Source: Nitrospinota bacterium (GTDB lineage Bacteria; Nitrospinota_A; UBA7883; JACRLM01). From it: a DNA stretch of 64,000 nucleotides. The notes under the pieces were generated by a model. The model did not search any database and had not been told where the DNA came from. It was given only the letters and a program-made list of their open reading frames with translations. A program made the position numbers and the translations under genes. Location: positions 1,834 through 65,833 of the forward strand of contig JACQXA010000001.1 of NCBI GenBank assembly GCA_016208975.1, in the 5' to 3' direction. Each line of letters begins with the position of its first letter. The first letter of the stretch is position 1. Positions 34,301-47,456 of this stretch are shown here, in pieces.

Positions 34301-34651
34301 TTTAATGGCGTTCAGGTCGTCTGGTTGAATCAGGCCAGCGCCCAGCTCGTCGAAAAAAGAGAGGATTGTGTCGTAAAAACCTTTGAACCTTAAAGAGCCT
34401 TCGAACGCGCCACCTTTACGCTTGGTGTAGAAGCCCGATACGACGCGCATGATGAGGATGGAGCGGGCCACAGGTGGAATTATGTTCAGCGGGATTAGAA
34501 TCTCTTCCTGAAGTTTCTTCTCGAACTCGCCTATGGTCATAAGGCCGCCGCCGGCCAGCGCTGAATTTCCGGGGGCGCTCAACCGCTCCCTCAGGGCGGA
34601 GGCCAGCCGGTGAGCCGTGGGGTAAATTATCAAACCTGGTTTTTCAGACAT
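31382..34651 (-). CDS. addB: AddB-like inactive helicase with Fe-S staple nuclease
   Basis: 1089 aa; QCPFRFF, GIIDRID, VIDYK, CEFCEFPGLC; coupled to addA. Confidence 0.85.
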   Translation of the reverse strand: MSEKPGLIIYPTAHRLASALRERLSAPGNSALAGGGLMTIGEFEKKLQEEILIPLNIIPPVARSILIMRVVSGFYTKRKGGAFEGSLRFKGFYDTILSFFDELGAGLIQPDDLNAIKGYADGKEDELAGIYQLYRAELGKLGFADTGMARKALVEAVANGEAYGRPTLSRYGSITLRDIYQFTPYRFELFRRIAKTIPVKIVAPTPDDRRKAFGYIVTNMEKYENLGDAEGLLEIEWEEPCEGPLASFSKKLFDLAPPSPEQNTETANCPVTIIKCPGRYREVEEAGLAILKLMAEDGHDYSDYCLVTRDVNAYAPLIEDVFGRYAIPFHFRRGIRLATNPLVISVMSIFKSIESGYERDAVLDIVLSPYFQTFSDIEPSVAKSLALSSKIIDGSTRHWISKLKKGIAKFKEAEREPAERARYAIESLLHRLDDLQSQSRAAPFLDTLAEILHFLKINPEPPDGMPMAERVRFRDYNAHAQLLEILREARLAVESLNAQNAPLGFLALRNLFTEQVESRYVPEPGAANQNRVATLNPHDIVGSRYQVVFALGLTEGEFPAFPQVSSLLNEDERMRFNAIHAEVIKKHDPAIVKGRRVFDRWAEKWQEQSLLFFQTARCAGKRLCLSFSEFELNGEPLLKSQFIEDSLEALYPALSPEDREKHIFHAAARAMDDAYDETPPDEEETTARLIHRLFNPDADHEKLAGILSSFAMDDNRWSKLVTLLGISSIEWERDRYFASSGQSKGVEQITPFNGLLVGCEDIFAQFMERGRERRYTPTDLEKYGQCPFRFFASRALGLEPVEEPAEELDAKSAGNLMHLILENFYSKRIAFGPTPLTGSEDELNNLLESAEEVFRRFEEEDNTGDPAVWRIEIRRTIHLLRHIFRIEAEEQKASGFYPVAVEAPFDIKSRDKRKKLYPPLAFQISKLGERLLCGIIDRIDINRQKNELRVIDYKNSSNKTKYRKLVKREEMGATSFQQPVYMMLAKRFTLGRGHLTGAPKAQGGYRLLKAKALKDSFVMADTADDGVFLNEPGAVNPQESPKTFISILSGVVEKIESGVFPVSPRDCEFCEFPGLCRFTKAFVEEQEEE

Positions 34652-34726
34652 ACAGAGGATTATAAGGCCCCCGGTTTTTATATCAAACCATCAACCACAC
34701 AACCGATTGCGGGTTATAATTTCCGG

Positions 34727-35269
34727 ATGGGGGTAAAATCGGTTTGCGTGTTCTGCGGCTCCAGCACGGCGGCGCCGGAATGGGCCATGGATCTGGCGGA
34801 GCGGGTGGGGCGCGGCCTGGCGGAAAAAGGGGTCCATCTGGTTTACGGCGGGGCCAGCATAGGCATGATGGGGGCCATGGCCAACGCGGCGCTGGCGAAC
34901 GGAGGGCGCGTGACCGGCGTTATTCCAAAAAACCTGATGCTGGACGAAGTGGTCCACGAGAGCCTTACCCATCTTGTAGTGACGGAAGACATGCATAGCC
35001 GGAAAAAAGCCATGTTCGGGATTTCCGACGCTCTGGTGTGCCTGCCCGGCGGGCTTGGCACACTGGAGGAGACGCTGGAGATGATGACCTGGAAATATCT
35101 CGGCATCCACATCAAGCCGGTGATAATAGTGAACCATAAGGGTTTTTATGACCATCTGTTAAAACAGTTCGAGCGGTGCGGGCAGGACGGGCTTTTGCGG
35201 CCGGGGCTGGAGAAATTGTGGAAGACCTGCCAGGACGAAGAAGCGCTTTTCGCGCTCATGGGGTTATAA
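34727..35269 (+). CDS. LOG family nucleotide monophosphate nucleosidase (TIGR00730-like)
   Basis: VCVFCGS, LVYGG, MHSRK, PGGLGTLEE; start reassigned to ATG 34727. Confidence 0.93.
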   Translation: MGVKSVCVFCGSSTAAPEWAMDLAERVGRGLAEKGVHLVYGGASIGMMGAMANAALANGGRVTGVIPKNLMLDEVVHESLTHLVVTEDMHSRKKAMFGISDALVCLPGGLGTLEETLEMMTWKYLGIHIKPVIIVNHKGFYDHLLKQFERCGQDGLLRPGLEKLWKTCQDEEALFALMGL

Positions 35270-35350
35270 GCTGGCGCGTTTTGAAGTTAGCTTATTCCAG
35301 TCTGCGCGAGTAAGGTTTATTATGATTAGACGGTAATGGTGGAGAAGCTG

Positions 35351-35590
35351 ATGAAATACTACGCTTTTGAGATAGTCATCGAAAAAGAGGATGAAGATGA
35401 AGGCTATTCCGCGTATAGCCCCACATTACCGGGGTGTTTTAGCGACGGAAAGACGATTGAAGAAGCGAAACGCGATATCCGGCAGGCAATTGAACAACAT
35501 ATAGCTTCTTTACTGGCGAATGCCCAGGCAATCCCACAAAACGAGCGTCTGGTACATGTGGAAGAGTTAACGGTAGGCGTTCCTGAATGA
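35351..35590 (+). CDS. hicB: HicB family antitoxin (short form)
   Basis: YSAYSPTLPGCFSDGKTIEEAKRDIRQAI; no C-terminal DNA-binding domain; start could be 35336. Confidence 0.88.
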   Translation: MKYYAFEIVIEKEDEDEGYSAYSPTLPGCFSDGKTIEEAKRDIRQAIEQHIASLLANAQAIPQNERLVHVEELTVGVPE

Positions 35591-35815
35591 CACGATTGCC
35601 TCAAGTGTCGGCGCGGGAACTTGTACGTTTTCTTAGATCACGAGGTTTCGTTGAGGATCGGCAATCGGGAAGCCATCGTTACCATCTGGAGCCAGGAGCG
35701 CAAGATGTCTGTTACCGTGCCGATGCATACAGGTTGCGACATCGGCAGAGGGCTTGCCTTGCGGATATTAAAGGAAGCGGGATTTTCTGTGGATGATTTT
35801 ATAGAATTGCGCTGA
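35587..35815 (+). pseudogene. hicA: HicA family toxin with +1 frameshift
   Basis: MTRLPQVSARELVRFLRSRGF..RQSGSH in one frame continues as VTIW..VTVPMH..LRILKEAG in the next; removing one base near 35677 gives a 75-aa HicA. Confidence 0.85.
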
Positions 35816-35834
35816 GCCACAACTTTTTTATGTC

Positions 35835-35863
35835 TTGACAGGAAAAGTTCAAAGGTTTATTTC
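35835..35863 (+). promoter_or_regulatory. Putative sigma70 promoter for the activase-ferredoxin pair
   Basis: TTGACA-17 nt-TATTTC (weak -10). Confidence 0.4.
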
Positions 35864-35952
35864 AAAATGGTGTTCACTTAAGAATCTGTATTGCCGCTTC
35901 ACCTCTTCTAAGTTTGAGGTTTTGGACCAGGAGTTACTGGACGTAATGAGGA

Positions 35953-40537
<4,585 letters not shown>

Positions 40538-40564
40538 CCTGTTTCGTACGGCGGACGATCAAAT

Positions 40565-40599
40565 AAACGGCTCTCTCCGGTGAATGGGGAGGGCCGTTT
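40565..40599. terminator. Stem-loop after ferredoxin
   Basis: 14-bp stem AAACGGCTCTCTCC / GGGGAGGGCCGTTT (two G-U pairs); U-tail is short. Confidence 0.6.
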
Positions 40600-40641
40600 G
40601 CCATTTCCGGAAATTTCCGGAGCGGCCAGACGAAGTATGTA

Positions 40642-40668
40642 TCAAGTATCAGCCCGGGGTTCCGATAA
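40642..40668 (+). promoter_or_regulatory. Putative sigma28 (FliA) promoter
   Basis: TCAA-15 nt-TCCGATAA, 29 nt upstream of ATG 40698. Confidence 0.5.
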
Positions 40669-40697
40669 GGTTAGGTGAGGATTGAAGGACTCTCAAC

Positions 40698-40937
40698 ATG
40701 ACGCTGGATATTTTGGAGCCGGTGTTCCGGCTGATACTGCTGGCCGAATTCGCCTTTATGGCGGTAGCGGGCATCGCCGCGGCAATCCACTGCCTTACGC
40801 TGGATTCGGAGATCAGGTCCATATCCTCAATCCAGCGGCAGATGCTGGAAGGCATCCGGGAAGGGCTGGAAGCCAAAAAAGCGGAACGGGAATCCAAAAT
40901 AGCCGCCCGTCTCGCCGCCATGAGGGAAGGTATTTAA
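40698..40937 (+). CDS. Small hypothetical membrane protein
   Basis: 79 aa; one hydrophobic helix then a charged helix; GAAGGA upstream. Confidence 0.55.
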   Translation: MTLDILEPVFRLILLAEFAFMAVAGIAAAIHCLTLDSEIRSISSIQRQMLEGIREGLEAKKAERESKIAARLAAMREGI

Positions 40938-41014
40938 AGCTTCCGCCTATTAAAGCCAAGTCTAGCCTGATTCAAGGCCTGTCCATTTTTATTCATAATC
41001 CAATGCGTTAATAT

Positions 41015-41452
41015 ATGAAGCTAAACATACTGATAATAAATATGTTAACCATGGCGCTTCTGGCCAATCCCTCCTTCGCGCGAAGTGTTAAGTTTCCGCA
41101 ATCTCCAGGCCTGGTTCAAGTAACTGTTGAAGTGGCGGATACCCCATCTAAAACCCAGATGGGCCTTATGTTCCGGGGAGCATTACCGGAAGGGACCGGG
41201 ATGTGGTTTATATTCCCCCAGGATGAGGCGCTTTATTTCTGGATGAAAAACATGGCCATCCCGCTGGACATCATTTTCATTGACAAAGAGTTCATCATAC
41301 GCAAGATATGGAGTGGTGTTCCGCCATGCCGGGGTGAGCCTTGCCCCAGGTATGGTTCGGGAACAGCAGTGCGGTACGCGCTGGAGGTTCCGGCGGGGTA
41401 TTGCCTAAGACATGGGATAATGGAAAAAACCAGGGTGGAATATAAAAAGTGA
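41015..41452 (+). CDS. DUF192 family exported protein
   Basis: Signal peptide; VEVADT..GLMFR..GMWF..FWMKNM.IPLDIIF..YALEV. Confidence 0.9.
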   Translation: MKLNILIINMLTMALLANPSFARSVKFPQSPGLVQVTVEVADTPSKTQMGLMFRGALPEGTGMWFIFPQDEALYFWMKNMAIPLDIIFIDKEFIIRKIWSGVPPCRGEPCPRYGSGTAVRYALEVPAGYCLRHGIMEKTRVEYKK

Positions 41453-41748
41453 AGTTTTTCAGAATGTTCACGGTTTTAGCGGCGCTGGCCGCCACGTTCA
41501 CAGCTATTGGATGCGCCACCGCCCCCCTTGGGATAGACGAACCCTACAGGATTACCGCCGAGAAGGTGGGGAACATCAAGGAAGGCGTCACCACCCGGGA
41601 AGACCTGAAAACCATGTTCGGCGAACCGGACATGAAGGTTTCCGCCCCCGAAGGGGCCGCCTATTTCTATAAGGACATCAATTTGAGCTCCCTCTGGGTG
41701 GAGTTTACGGACGATTGGACCGTATCCGACTACAAATGGTCCGAATGA
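41449..41748 (+). CDS. SmpA/BamE-like lipoprotein
   Basis: Lipobox AIGC; IKEGVTTREDLKTMFGEP motif. Confidence 0.7.
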   Translation: MKFFRMFTVLAALAATFTAIGCATAPLGIDEPYRITAEKVGNIKEGVTTREDLKTMFGEPDMKVSAPEGAAYFYKDINLSSLWVEFTDDWTVSDYKWSE

Positions 41749-41827
41749 CGGGCCAACCTATTCCCTTACCCATTAAACGCTTAGGTGGCCGGGTTTGAAC
41801 CGGGCCGATTATCTATGGACACCAGCA

Positions 41828-41856
41828 TTGACAAATCCCTCCGCCAGTTTTATATC
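41828..41856 (+). promoter_or_regulatory. Putative sigma70 promoter for the ABC operon
   Basis: TTGACA-17 nt-TATATC. Confidence 0.55.
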
Positions 41857-41888
41857 TTCTGTACTAATTTGATATTTATTGGATTAAA

Positions 41889-42890
41889 TTGATAAGCGTA
41901 GATAATCTCACCAAGAAGTATGGGCCGGTCACTGCGGTGGACGGCATTTCCTTCTTTATGGAACAAGGGGAGATATGCGGCTTCCTGGGCCCGAACGGCG
42001 CCGGGAAAACCACCACCATGCGCATCCTTACCGGGTTTATGCCCCCCACGGATGGCAGGGTAACCGTGGCCGGATTCGATGTGGTGAACGACGTGATGGA
42101 GGTCAAGAAGCGTATCGGCTACCTGCCGGAGTCCACACCGCTATACACCGAGATGCGGGTTGAGGAATATCTGTATTTCGTTGCGGACGTGAAGGGCCTT
42201 TCCGGGCAACAGAAAAAATCCAAGGTGGGCGAGGTTATGGAGTCCACCGGCATATCTGGCCGGAGCCGGTCGCTGATAAGAAGCCTGTCGAAAGGGTACC
42301 GGCAACGGGTGGGTTTGGCCCAGGCATTGTTGAACGACCCGGAGGCGCTGATTCTGGACGAACCCACCATAGGGCTTGACCCACAGCAGATCGCCGAAAT
42401 CCGGTCGCTGATAAAAGACCTTAGCGGGAAGCGCACGGTGATACTCTCCAGCCATATCCTGCCGGAAGTGCAGATGATCTGCTCCCGGGTGCTGATAATA
42501 AACAACGGCAAACTTATCGCGGCGGATACCCCGGAGAACCTGTCCCGCCAGTTCGCCGGAGGCGGCAGGATAATTGTGAAGATAGAGGCTCCCATGGTTT
42601 CCGCGCTGGAGGCGCTGGGTTCCCTGCCCGGGGTTGATACCGCTTACATGGCGCAGACTACCGTGGCCGACGGGGTGGAGACTGGCACATTCCACCTTAT
42701 ACCCGGCCAGGGAAAAAACCCCCGCAAAGAGCTTATGAAAATGGCGGTGGACCGGGATTGGGAGGTTATGGAACTGTCATCCACAGAGTCACTTTCGCTG
42801 GAGGAGGTTTACTTGAAACTTGTCACCCGGGAGCCCCAGACAGCGGCCGAACCTGTGGAAAACCCCGCTGGCGAGATTGAGGAGCTTTAG
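41889..42890 (+). CDS. ABC-2 type ATP-binding protein (GldA-like)
   Basis: GPNGAGKTT, LSKGYRQ signature, ILDEPT, SSHIL. Confidence 0.92.
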   Translation: MISVDNLTKKYGPVTAVDGISFFMEQGEICGFLGPNGAGKTTTMRILTGFMPPTDGRVTVAGFDVVNDVMEVKKRIGYLPESTPLYTEMRVEEYLYFVADVKGLSGQQKKSKVGEVMESTGISGRSRSLIRSLSKGYRQRVGLAQALLNDPEALILDEPTIGLDPQQIAEIRSLIKDLSGKRTVILSSHILPEVQMICSRVLIINNGKLIAADTPENLSRQFAGGGRIIVKIEAPMVSALEALGSLPGVDTAYMAQTTVADGVETGTFHLIPGQGKNPRKELMKMAVDRDWEVMELSSTESLSLEEVYLKLVTREPQTAAEPVENPAGEIEEL

Positions 42891-43673
42891 ATGGGTGGCA
42901 TGACGGCGGTGATGAAACGGGAGTTGCAGTCATACTTCTACTCCCCGGTGGCTTACGCGGTTATGGTGATGTTTTTAATCATCGCCGGATATTTTTTCTA
43001 CACCGGCATGGTGTATTACGGCGTGGCCAGTTTTGAAATAAGCAGGATGGCCCAGTTCGGGGGCGGCATGGAGCAGGAACTGAACGTGGAAGAGTATATC
43101 CTGCGCCCGTTATTCGGCAACATGTCGGTGGTCCTGCTGATGATGGCCCCTCTTTTTACCATGCGGCTATTCTCCGAGGAAAAGAAAGGCGGCTCCATAG
43201 AGCTACTTTTCACGTGGCCCATTAAAGACCTGGCGCTGGTCATGGGCAAATACCTGGCGGCCCTGGCCATGGTGTCCATAATGGTGGCGCCAACCTTCAT
43301 TTACATAGGGCTGTTAGCCTATCATTCCGGCTTTTCCTGGGGTTGCGTGGTCACGGGTTATCTTGGGTTGATACTGCTGGGCGGGGCGTTCATATCGCTG
43401 GGCATTTTCATATCCACCCTTACGGAGAACCAGATAATCTCAGCGGCCATCACCTTTGGCGCCCTGCTCCTCTTCTGGATAATCAGCTGGGCCGCCGGGA
43501 GCGACACCGGGACCATAGCCGAAATACTGAAAGGCTTCTCCATACTGGAACGGGTGGACAATTTCGCAAAAGGGGTGCTGGACACGCGGGATATCGTCTA
43601 TTACGCCACATTCAATTTCTTTTTCCTGTTCCTCACTATCCGGTCGCTGGAATCGAAGAACTGGAGAGGTTGA
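42891..43673 (+). CDS. ABC-2 type permease (GldF-like)
   Basis: RELQSYFYSP, TMRLFSEEK..G.IELL.T.P, about 6 TM helices. Confidence 0.9.
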   Translation: MGGMTAVMKRELQSYFYSPVAYAVMVMFLIIAGYFFYTGMVYYGVASFEISRMAQFGGGMEQELNVEEYILRPLFGNMSVVLLMMAPLFTMRLFSEEKKGGSIELLFTWPIKDLALVMGKYLAALAMVSIMVAPTFIYIGLLAYHSGFSWGCVVTGYLGLILLGGAFISLGIFISTLTENQIISAAITFGALLLFWIISWAAGSDTGTIAEILKGFSILERVDNFAKGVLDTRDIVYYATFNFFFLFLTIRSLESKNWRG

Positions 43674-43697
43674 TTTAAAGGCAGTGGGCGCGGGCAA

Positions 43698-45065
43698 ATG
43701 AACAAGCGGTTAAAATACGGTTCCGGGTCGGCAATCTTCGTCATGCTCACCCTGGCGGTGATTATTGTCATCAACGCGCTGGCCGCCTCCCATCATAAAC
43801 GGTGGGACTTTACGGAGACGGGCAGTTTTTCCCTATCGCCGCAGACCCTAAAAACCCTTCAGGGGCTGGAGGGGGATGTGACGGTCTATTCCTTCGTAAA
43901 ACCCGACGCGGCGAAACTAGCCCAGGACATTCTGGAGCAGTACGCTTACGAATCCAAAAAGATCCATTACGAGATAATAGATCCGGACAAAAAACCGGCG
44001 CTGGCGAAAAAATACGATGTCCGGGAATATAACACGCATGTAGTGGAGACCTCCCAAGGCAGGAAGGAAGTTGTTAAGCGCCTTACGGAAGAGAGCCTGA
44101 CCAACGCCATACTGAAAGCCACCTCGCCGGGGGTCAAAAAAGTATATCTGCTGGAAGGCCATGGCGAACGCGGGCCCGACGATAACAGCCCAAAAGGATG
44201 GTTTGCCGCCCGGCAGGCGCTGGAGTCGGCGGGTTACGCCGTAGAGACGCTGAATTTCCTGAAGACGCCGGAAATACCTGCGGACGCCGACCTTGTGATA
44301 ATCCCCGGCCCCACGAAAGACATCCAGCCAACAGAAGCGGACAAGCTTCGAAAAAGGCTCGATTCGGGCAGGGCTCTTATAGCCGCGTTAGACCCAGGAA
44401 AAACCCCGAACCTGCAAAACCTGCTCAAAGAGTATGGATTTGAAACTGTGGATGACATAGTGCTGGACCCGGTGAGCCAGCAACTGGGATTTGACGCGCT
44501 GGTGGCGGCGGTGGCCGAATATGGCCCTCACCCGGCGGTGAAAGGTTTCAACGCGGCCACGTTTTTCCCCATGGCCAGGTCGCTGGAGATAGGGCCGGGG
44601 AAGGGGAAAATTGCCCCCGTGGTGGTGGGGCAAAGCTCCCAGCATGGATGGAGTGAAACGGATATGGGCTCCATCGAAAAGGGAACGCCCGAGTTTGATG
44701 AGAAAAAGGACCTGCCCGGCCCCCGGGTGATAGTGGCCGCCGCCGAATGGGAGGCGGGCCAGGCTAAAGAGGAGAGGAAGATAGGCGAGAAGGCGGAGAA
44801 GACCAGGCTGGTGGTGGCCGGTGACGCCGATTTCGCCTCCAACTCCGCCATTGGCATTTCCGGCAACCGGGATATTTTCCTCAATCTAGTGAGTTGGTCG
44901 CTGGAACAGGAAAACCGGATATCCATCCGCCCGAAAGCGAAGGGGTTCAACCCCATCCTGTTCACTCAAACGCAACTGGCGGCCATTTTCTGGGTGTCGG
45001 TGGCGCTGTTGCCGATGATGGTGATAGTGGCCGGCGTTTACGTATGGAAGAAACGCCGCGTTTAA
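43698..45065 (+). CDS. GldG-like ABC auxiliary protein
   Basis: N-terminal TM, WDFT...FSLS.QT, GHGE, VVAGDADF..N, C-terminal TM. Confidence 0.88.
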   Translation: MNKRLKYGSGSAIFVMLTLAVIIVINALAASHHKRWDFTETGSFSLSPQTLKTLQGLEGDVTVYSFVKPDAAKLAQDILEQYAYESKKIHYEIIDPDKKPALAKKYDVREYNTHVVETSQGRKEVVKRLTEESLTNAILKATSPGVKKVYLLEGHGERGPDDNSPKGWFAARQALESAGYAVETLNFLKTPEIPADADLVIIPGPTKDIQPTEADKLRKRLDSGRALIAALDPGKTPNLQNLLKEYGFETVDDIVLDPVSQQLGFDALVAAVAEYGPHPAVKGFNAATFFPMARSLEIGPGKGKIAPVVVGQSSQHGWSETDMGSIEKGTPEFDEKKDLPGPRVIVAAAEWEAGQAKEERKIGEKAEKTRLVVAGDADFASNSAIGISGNRDIFLNLVSWSLEQENRISIRPKAKGFNPILFTQTQLAAIFWVSVALLPMMVIVAGVYVWKKRRV

Positions 45066-45074
45066 GCCCCTCGT

Positions 45075-46856
45075 ATGCGATTTAAAATAATCATAACGCT
45101 GGTTTTATTTGTCTGCCTGTCTGGGGCCTATTATTACTTCGACGTTTCGGGCGGCGCCGGAAAGAAGAAAGAGAACAAGACCCCGCCGGTGTTTGCCTTC
45201 AACCCGGAAGATGTCGCCGCCGTCACTCTAAAACGCCCCGGCCAGCCGGTGATAGTGTTGGACCGGCAAGATAAAACATGGACGATCACAAGCCCGGTAA
45301 AGGCCCGGGCCGATGAGGAGACAGTAGAGAAGTTAATATCCTCAGCTACTGAGTTGAAGGTGGTCAAAGACCTTGGGGCGGTGGAGAACCTGGCCGAGTT
45401 TGGACTGGCCGAGCCCGAGGAGGCGCTTTTTGTGACCTCCGGGGGGAATATGTTCACCCTGAAAATCGGCGACAAGGCGCAAACAGGGAAAGAGTATTAC
45501 CTGATGGCCAGCGGGCGGGACACGGTGTTTCTGGCCAGCGCGAGACCTGTGGAGGCCGTCACCAAAGGGTTGGGCGACCTGCGAAATAAAAAGCTGTTCG
45601 ATTTTGACGCGCTGGATGTTAAATCCCTGGAGTTGAAATTAAACAAACTCGGCCTGAAGTTCGAACGGCTATCCAAATCCAAAGATGGCAAGGAAGTAAA
45701 GCCCGAGGACGCGCCATGGAAAATGACAATACCCCATGCCACCCAGGCGGACGGGGGCGCCATCCTAAAACTGTTGTCCATCCTCACCACCCTTAAGGGA
45801 ATTGGTTTCGTTTCCGGCCCGGAAGGGGAGTCGGTGGAATATGGGCTGAAAAACCCTGAAATAACCGTAAAAATGGGTACGGATAAAGGGACCTTCGGAT
45901 TCGCCATGGGCCATTACTCCCCGGACGGCGGCCGGTACATAAAACGGCTGGACACCGGCGAGATATTGACCGTGGATGACCGGATTGAAAAGGATCTTCC
46001 GCAATCGGCGGAAGCCTTTATGGATCTTCGGATACATAACCTGACCCGGGAAAATATAACCCGGGTGAAAATTGAAATGCCCGAGGGAAAAACGGTCATA
46101 ACCCGCAAACCCGGTAAAGTGGCGCAGGGTAAACAGACCGGGCCGGAGTGGATTGTAACCGAGCCTGCCGGGCTTGTTATGGAAGAAATGTCCGTCATGG
46201 CGTTTCTTTACGATCTGGAAAACGCCAAGTATTTACGGATAGCAGGGCCAGCTTCCAAAGGGCTGTCAAAACCCGCATTGACCATAACCATCTCCGCCGC
46301 CGGTGGCGACAAGGCGCTCACCCTGGCGAAAGCCCCCGCCAACAAAGGGGATAGTTATTTCGCCTCCTTTACGGGCCGGGATGACGTGGTGGAGGTGAGC
46401 GGCGAAACGTTCAAATCTTTATTCAAGAACCCTGGCGAGTTTGAGGACCGGCGGTTTTTCAAGATACTGTCCGACCAGATAGGGCGGGTGGTGGTAAACC
46501 GCAAAGGGCAGGTGTTCGACGTTTCGAAAAAGGATGAAGATTTCACCATGGCCGCGCCGGAGAATAAAAAAGTGTCCGCCGAGGCGTGGCGTGCCCTGGT
46601 ATGGGCGCTGTCTGGGTTCCGGTTCAGCCAGAGGGCGCCGGAAGGCGCCGCTGGCGGGCTGGATAAGCCAGTTCTGACAGTGTCGGTTTATAATAAATCT
46701 GGCGGCCTGGTGGACGAGGTGGCCGTTGGCGCCCGGGCCGGAAAACCCGGCTATTTTTACGCCAGAAGCGTCAGGACGAAAGAGCTGTTTTTAGTAGGTG
46801 AGAGGTTTGTGACAGAGGATATGGTGGCCTCTCTTGAAAGCCTGTTATCCTCCTGA
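45075..46856 (+). CDS. DUF4340-like membrane-anchored protein
   Basis: N-terminal anchor; three repeats of W.(I/M)..P ... GL..P; follows GldG-like gene. Confidence 0.75.
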   Translation: MRFKIIITLVLFVCLSGAYYYFDVSGGAGKKKENKTPPVFAFNPEDVAAVTLKRPGQPVIVLDRQDKTWTITSPVKARADEETVEKLISSATELKVVKDLGAVENLAEFGLAEPEEALFVTSGGNMFTLKIGDKAQTGKEYYLMASGRDTVFLASARPVEAVTKGLGDLRNKKLFDFDALDVKSLELKLNKLGLKFERLSKSKDGKEVKPEDAPWKMTIPHATQADGGAILKLLSILTTLKGIGFVSGPEGESVEYGLKNPEITVKMGTDKGTFGFAMGHYSPDGGRYIKRLDTGEILTVDDRIEKDLPQSAEAFMDLRIHNLTRENITRVKIEMPEGKTVITRKPGKVAQGKQTGPEWIVTEPAGLVMEEMSVMAFLYDLENAKYLRIAGPASKGLSKPALTITISAAGGDKALTLAKAPANKGDSYFASFTGRDDVVEVSGETFKSLFKNPGEFEDRRFFKILSDQIGRVVVNRKGQVFDVSKKDEDFTMAAPENKKVSAEAWRALVWALSGFRFSQRAPEGAAGGLDKPVLTVSVYNKSGGLVDEVAVGARAGKPGYFYARSVRTKELFLVGERFVTEDMVASLESLLSS

Positions 46857-46872
46857 CCGGATTAGAGGAACC

Positions 46873-47454
46873 ATGAGTGAAGATGCCGCAAAAATAACCG
46901 TTACAGACAAACGGCGGATAAAATCCGCTGAAGACACCATAGATGATACCACCGCGCCGGATCTGGAGCGCGTGCCCACCTATGTGGAGGAGCTGAACCG
47001 GAAGATAGCCGAGAACGATGAGCGCCTGAAAGAGTACATCGCCGCCTATAAGGAAAAGATGGCGGATATGGACCAGGTGCGCAAACGGCTGGAGGCCGAC
47101 GTCGAGAACCGCTCCAGGCAAAGGTTTGGCGACCTTGTGGCGGAGCTTCTGCCGATTGTGGACGATTTCGACCGGGCAATAGAAAGCGCCTCTAAAGGCA
47201 GTTCGTCTCAAGACATGGCGGAAGGGCTGGCCCGTCTGCGGGAAGGGATGATGAAAGCGCTGGTCAACCGGGGCTTGAAGACAATACAATGCGCCGGTGA
47301 ACCGTTCAATCCGGAAACCGCCCAGGCGGTGTCGGTGGCGCCGGTGGACGACGAGGCGCAAGACAACATGGTGCTGGAGCAGTTGGCCAGCGGTTACATT
47401 TATGAGGGAAGGGTGCTTCGTCCTGCGCTGGTGCGCGTGGGCAAGATGAAGTGA
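46873..47454 (+). CDS. grpE: Nucleotide exchange factor GrpE
   Basis: [22 protein letters not shown]...[13 protein letters not shown] 46873 with GAGGA. Confidence 0.92.
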   Translation: MSEDAAKITVTDKRRIKSAEDTIDDTTAPDLERVPTYVEELNRKIAENDERLKEYIAAYKEKMADMDQVRKRLEADVENRSRQRFGDLVAELLPIVDDFDRAIESASKGSSSQDMAEGLARLREGMMKALVNRGLKTIQCAGEPFNPETAQAVSVAPVDDEAQDNMVLEQLASGYIYEGRVLRPALVRVGKMK

Positions 47455-47456
47455 TT

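Noticed and set aside
27798..34651. Cas4-linked or anti-phage helicase-nuclease system
   Set aside because: Size, order and motifs fit housekeeping AddAB.
41889..45065. Bacteroidota-type gliding motility
   Set aside because: GldAFG-like transporters are widespread, and no gldK-N or T9SS genes are present here.
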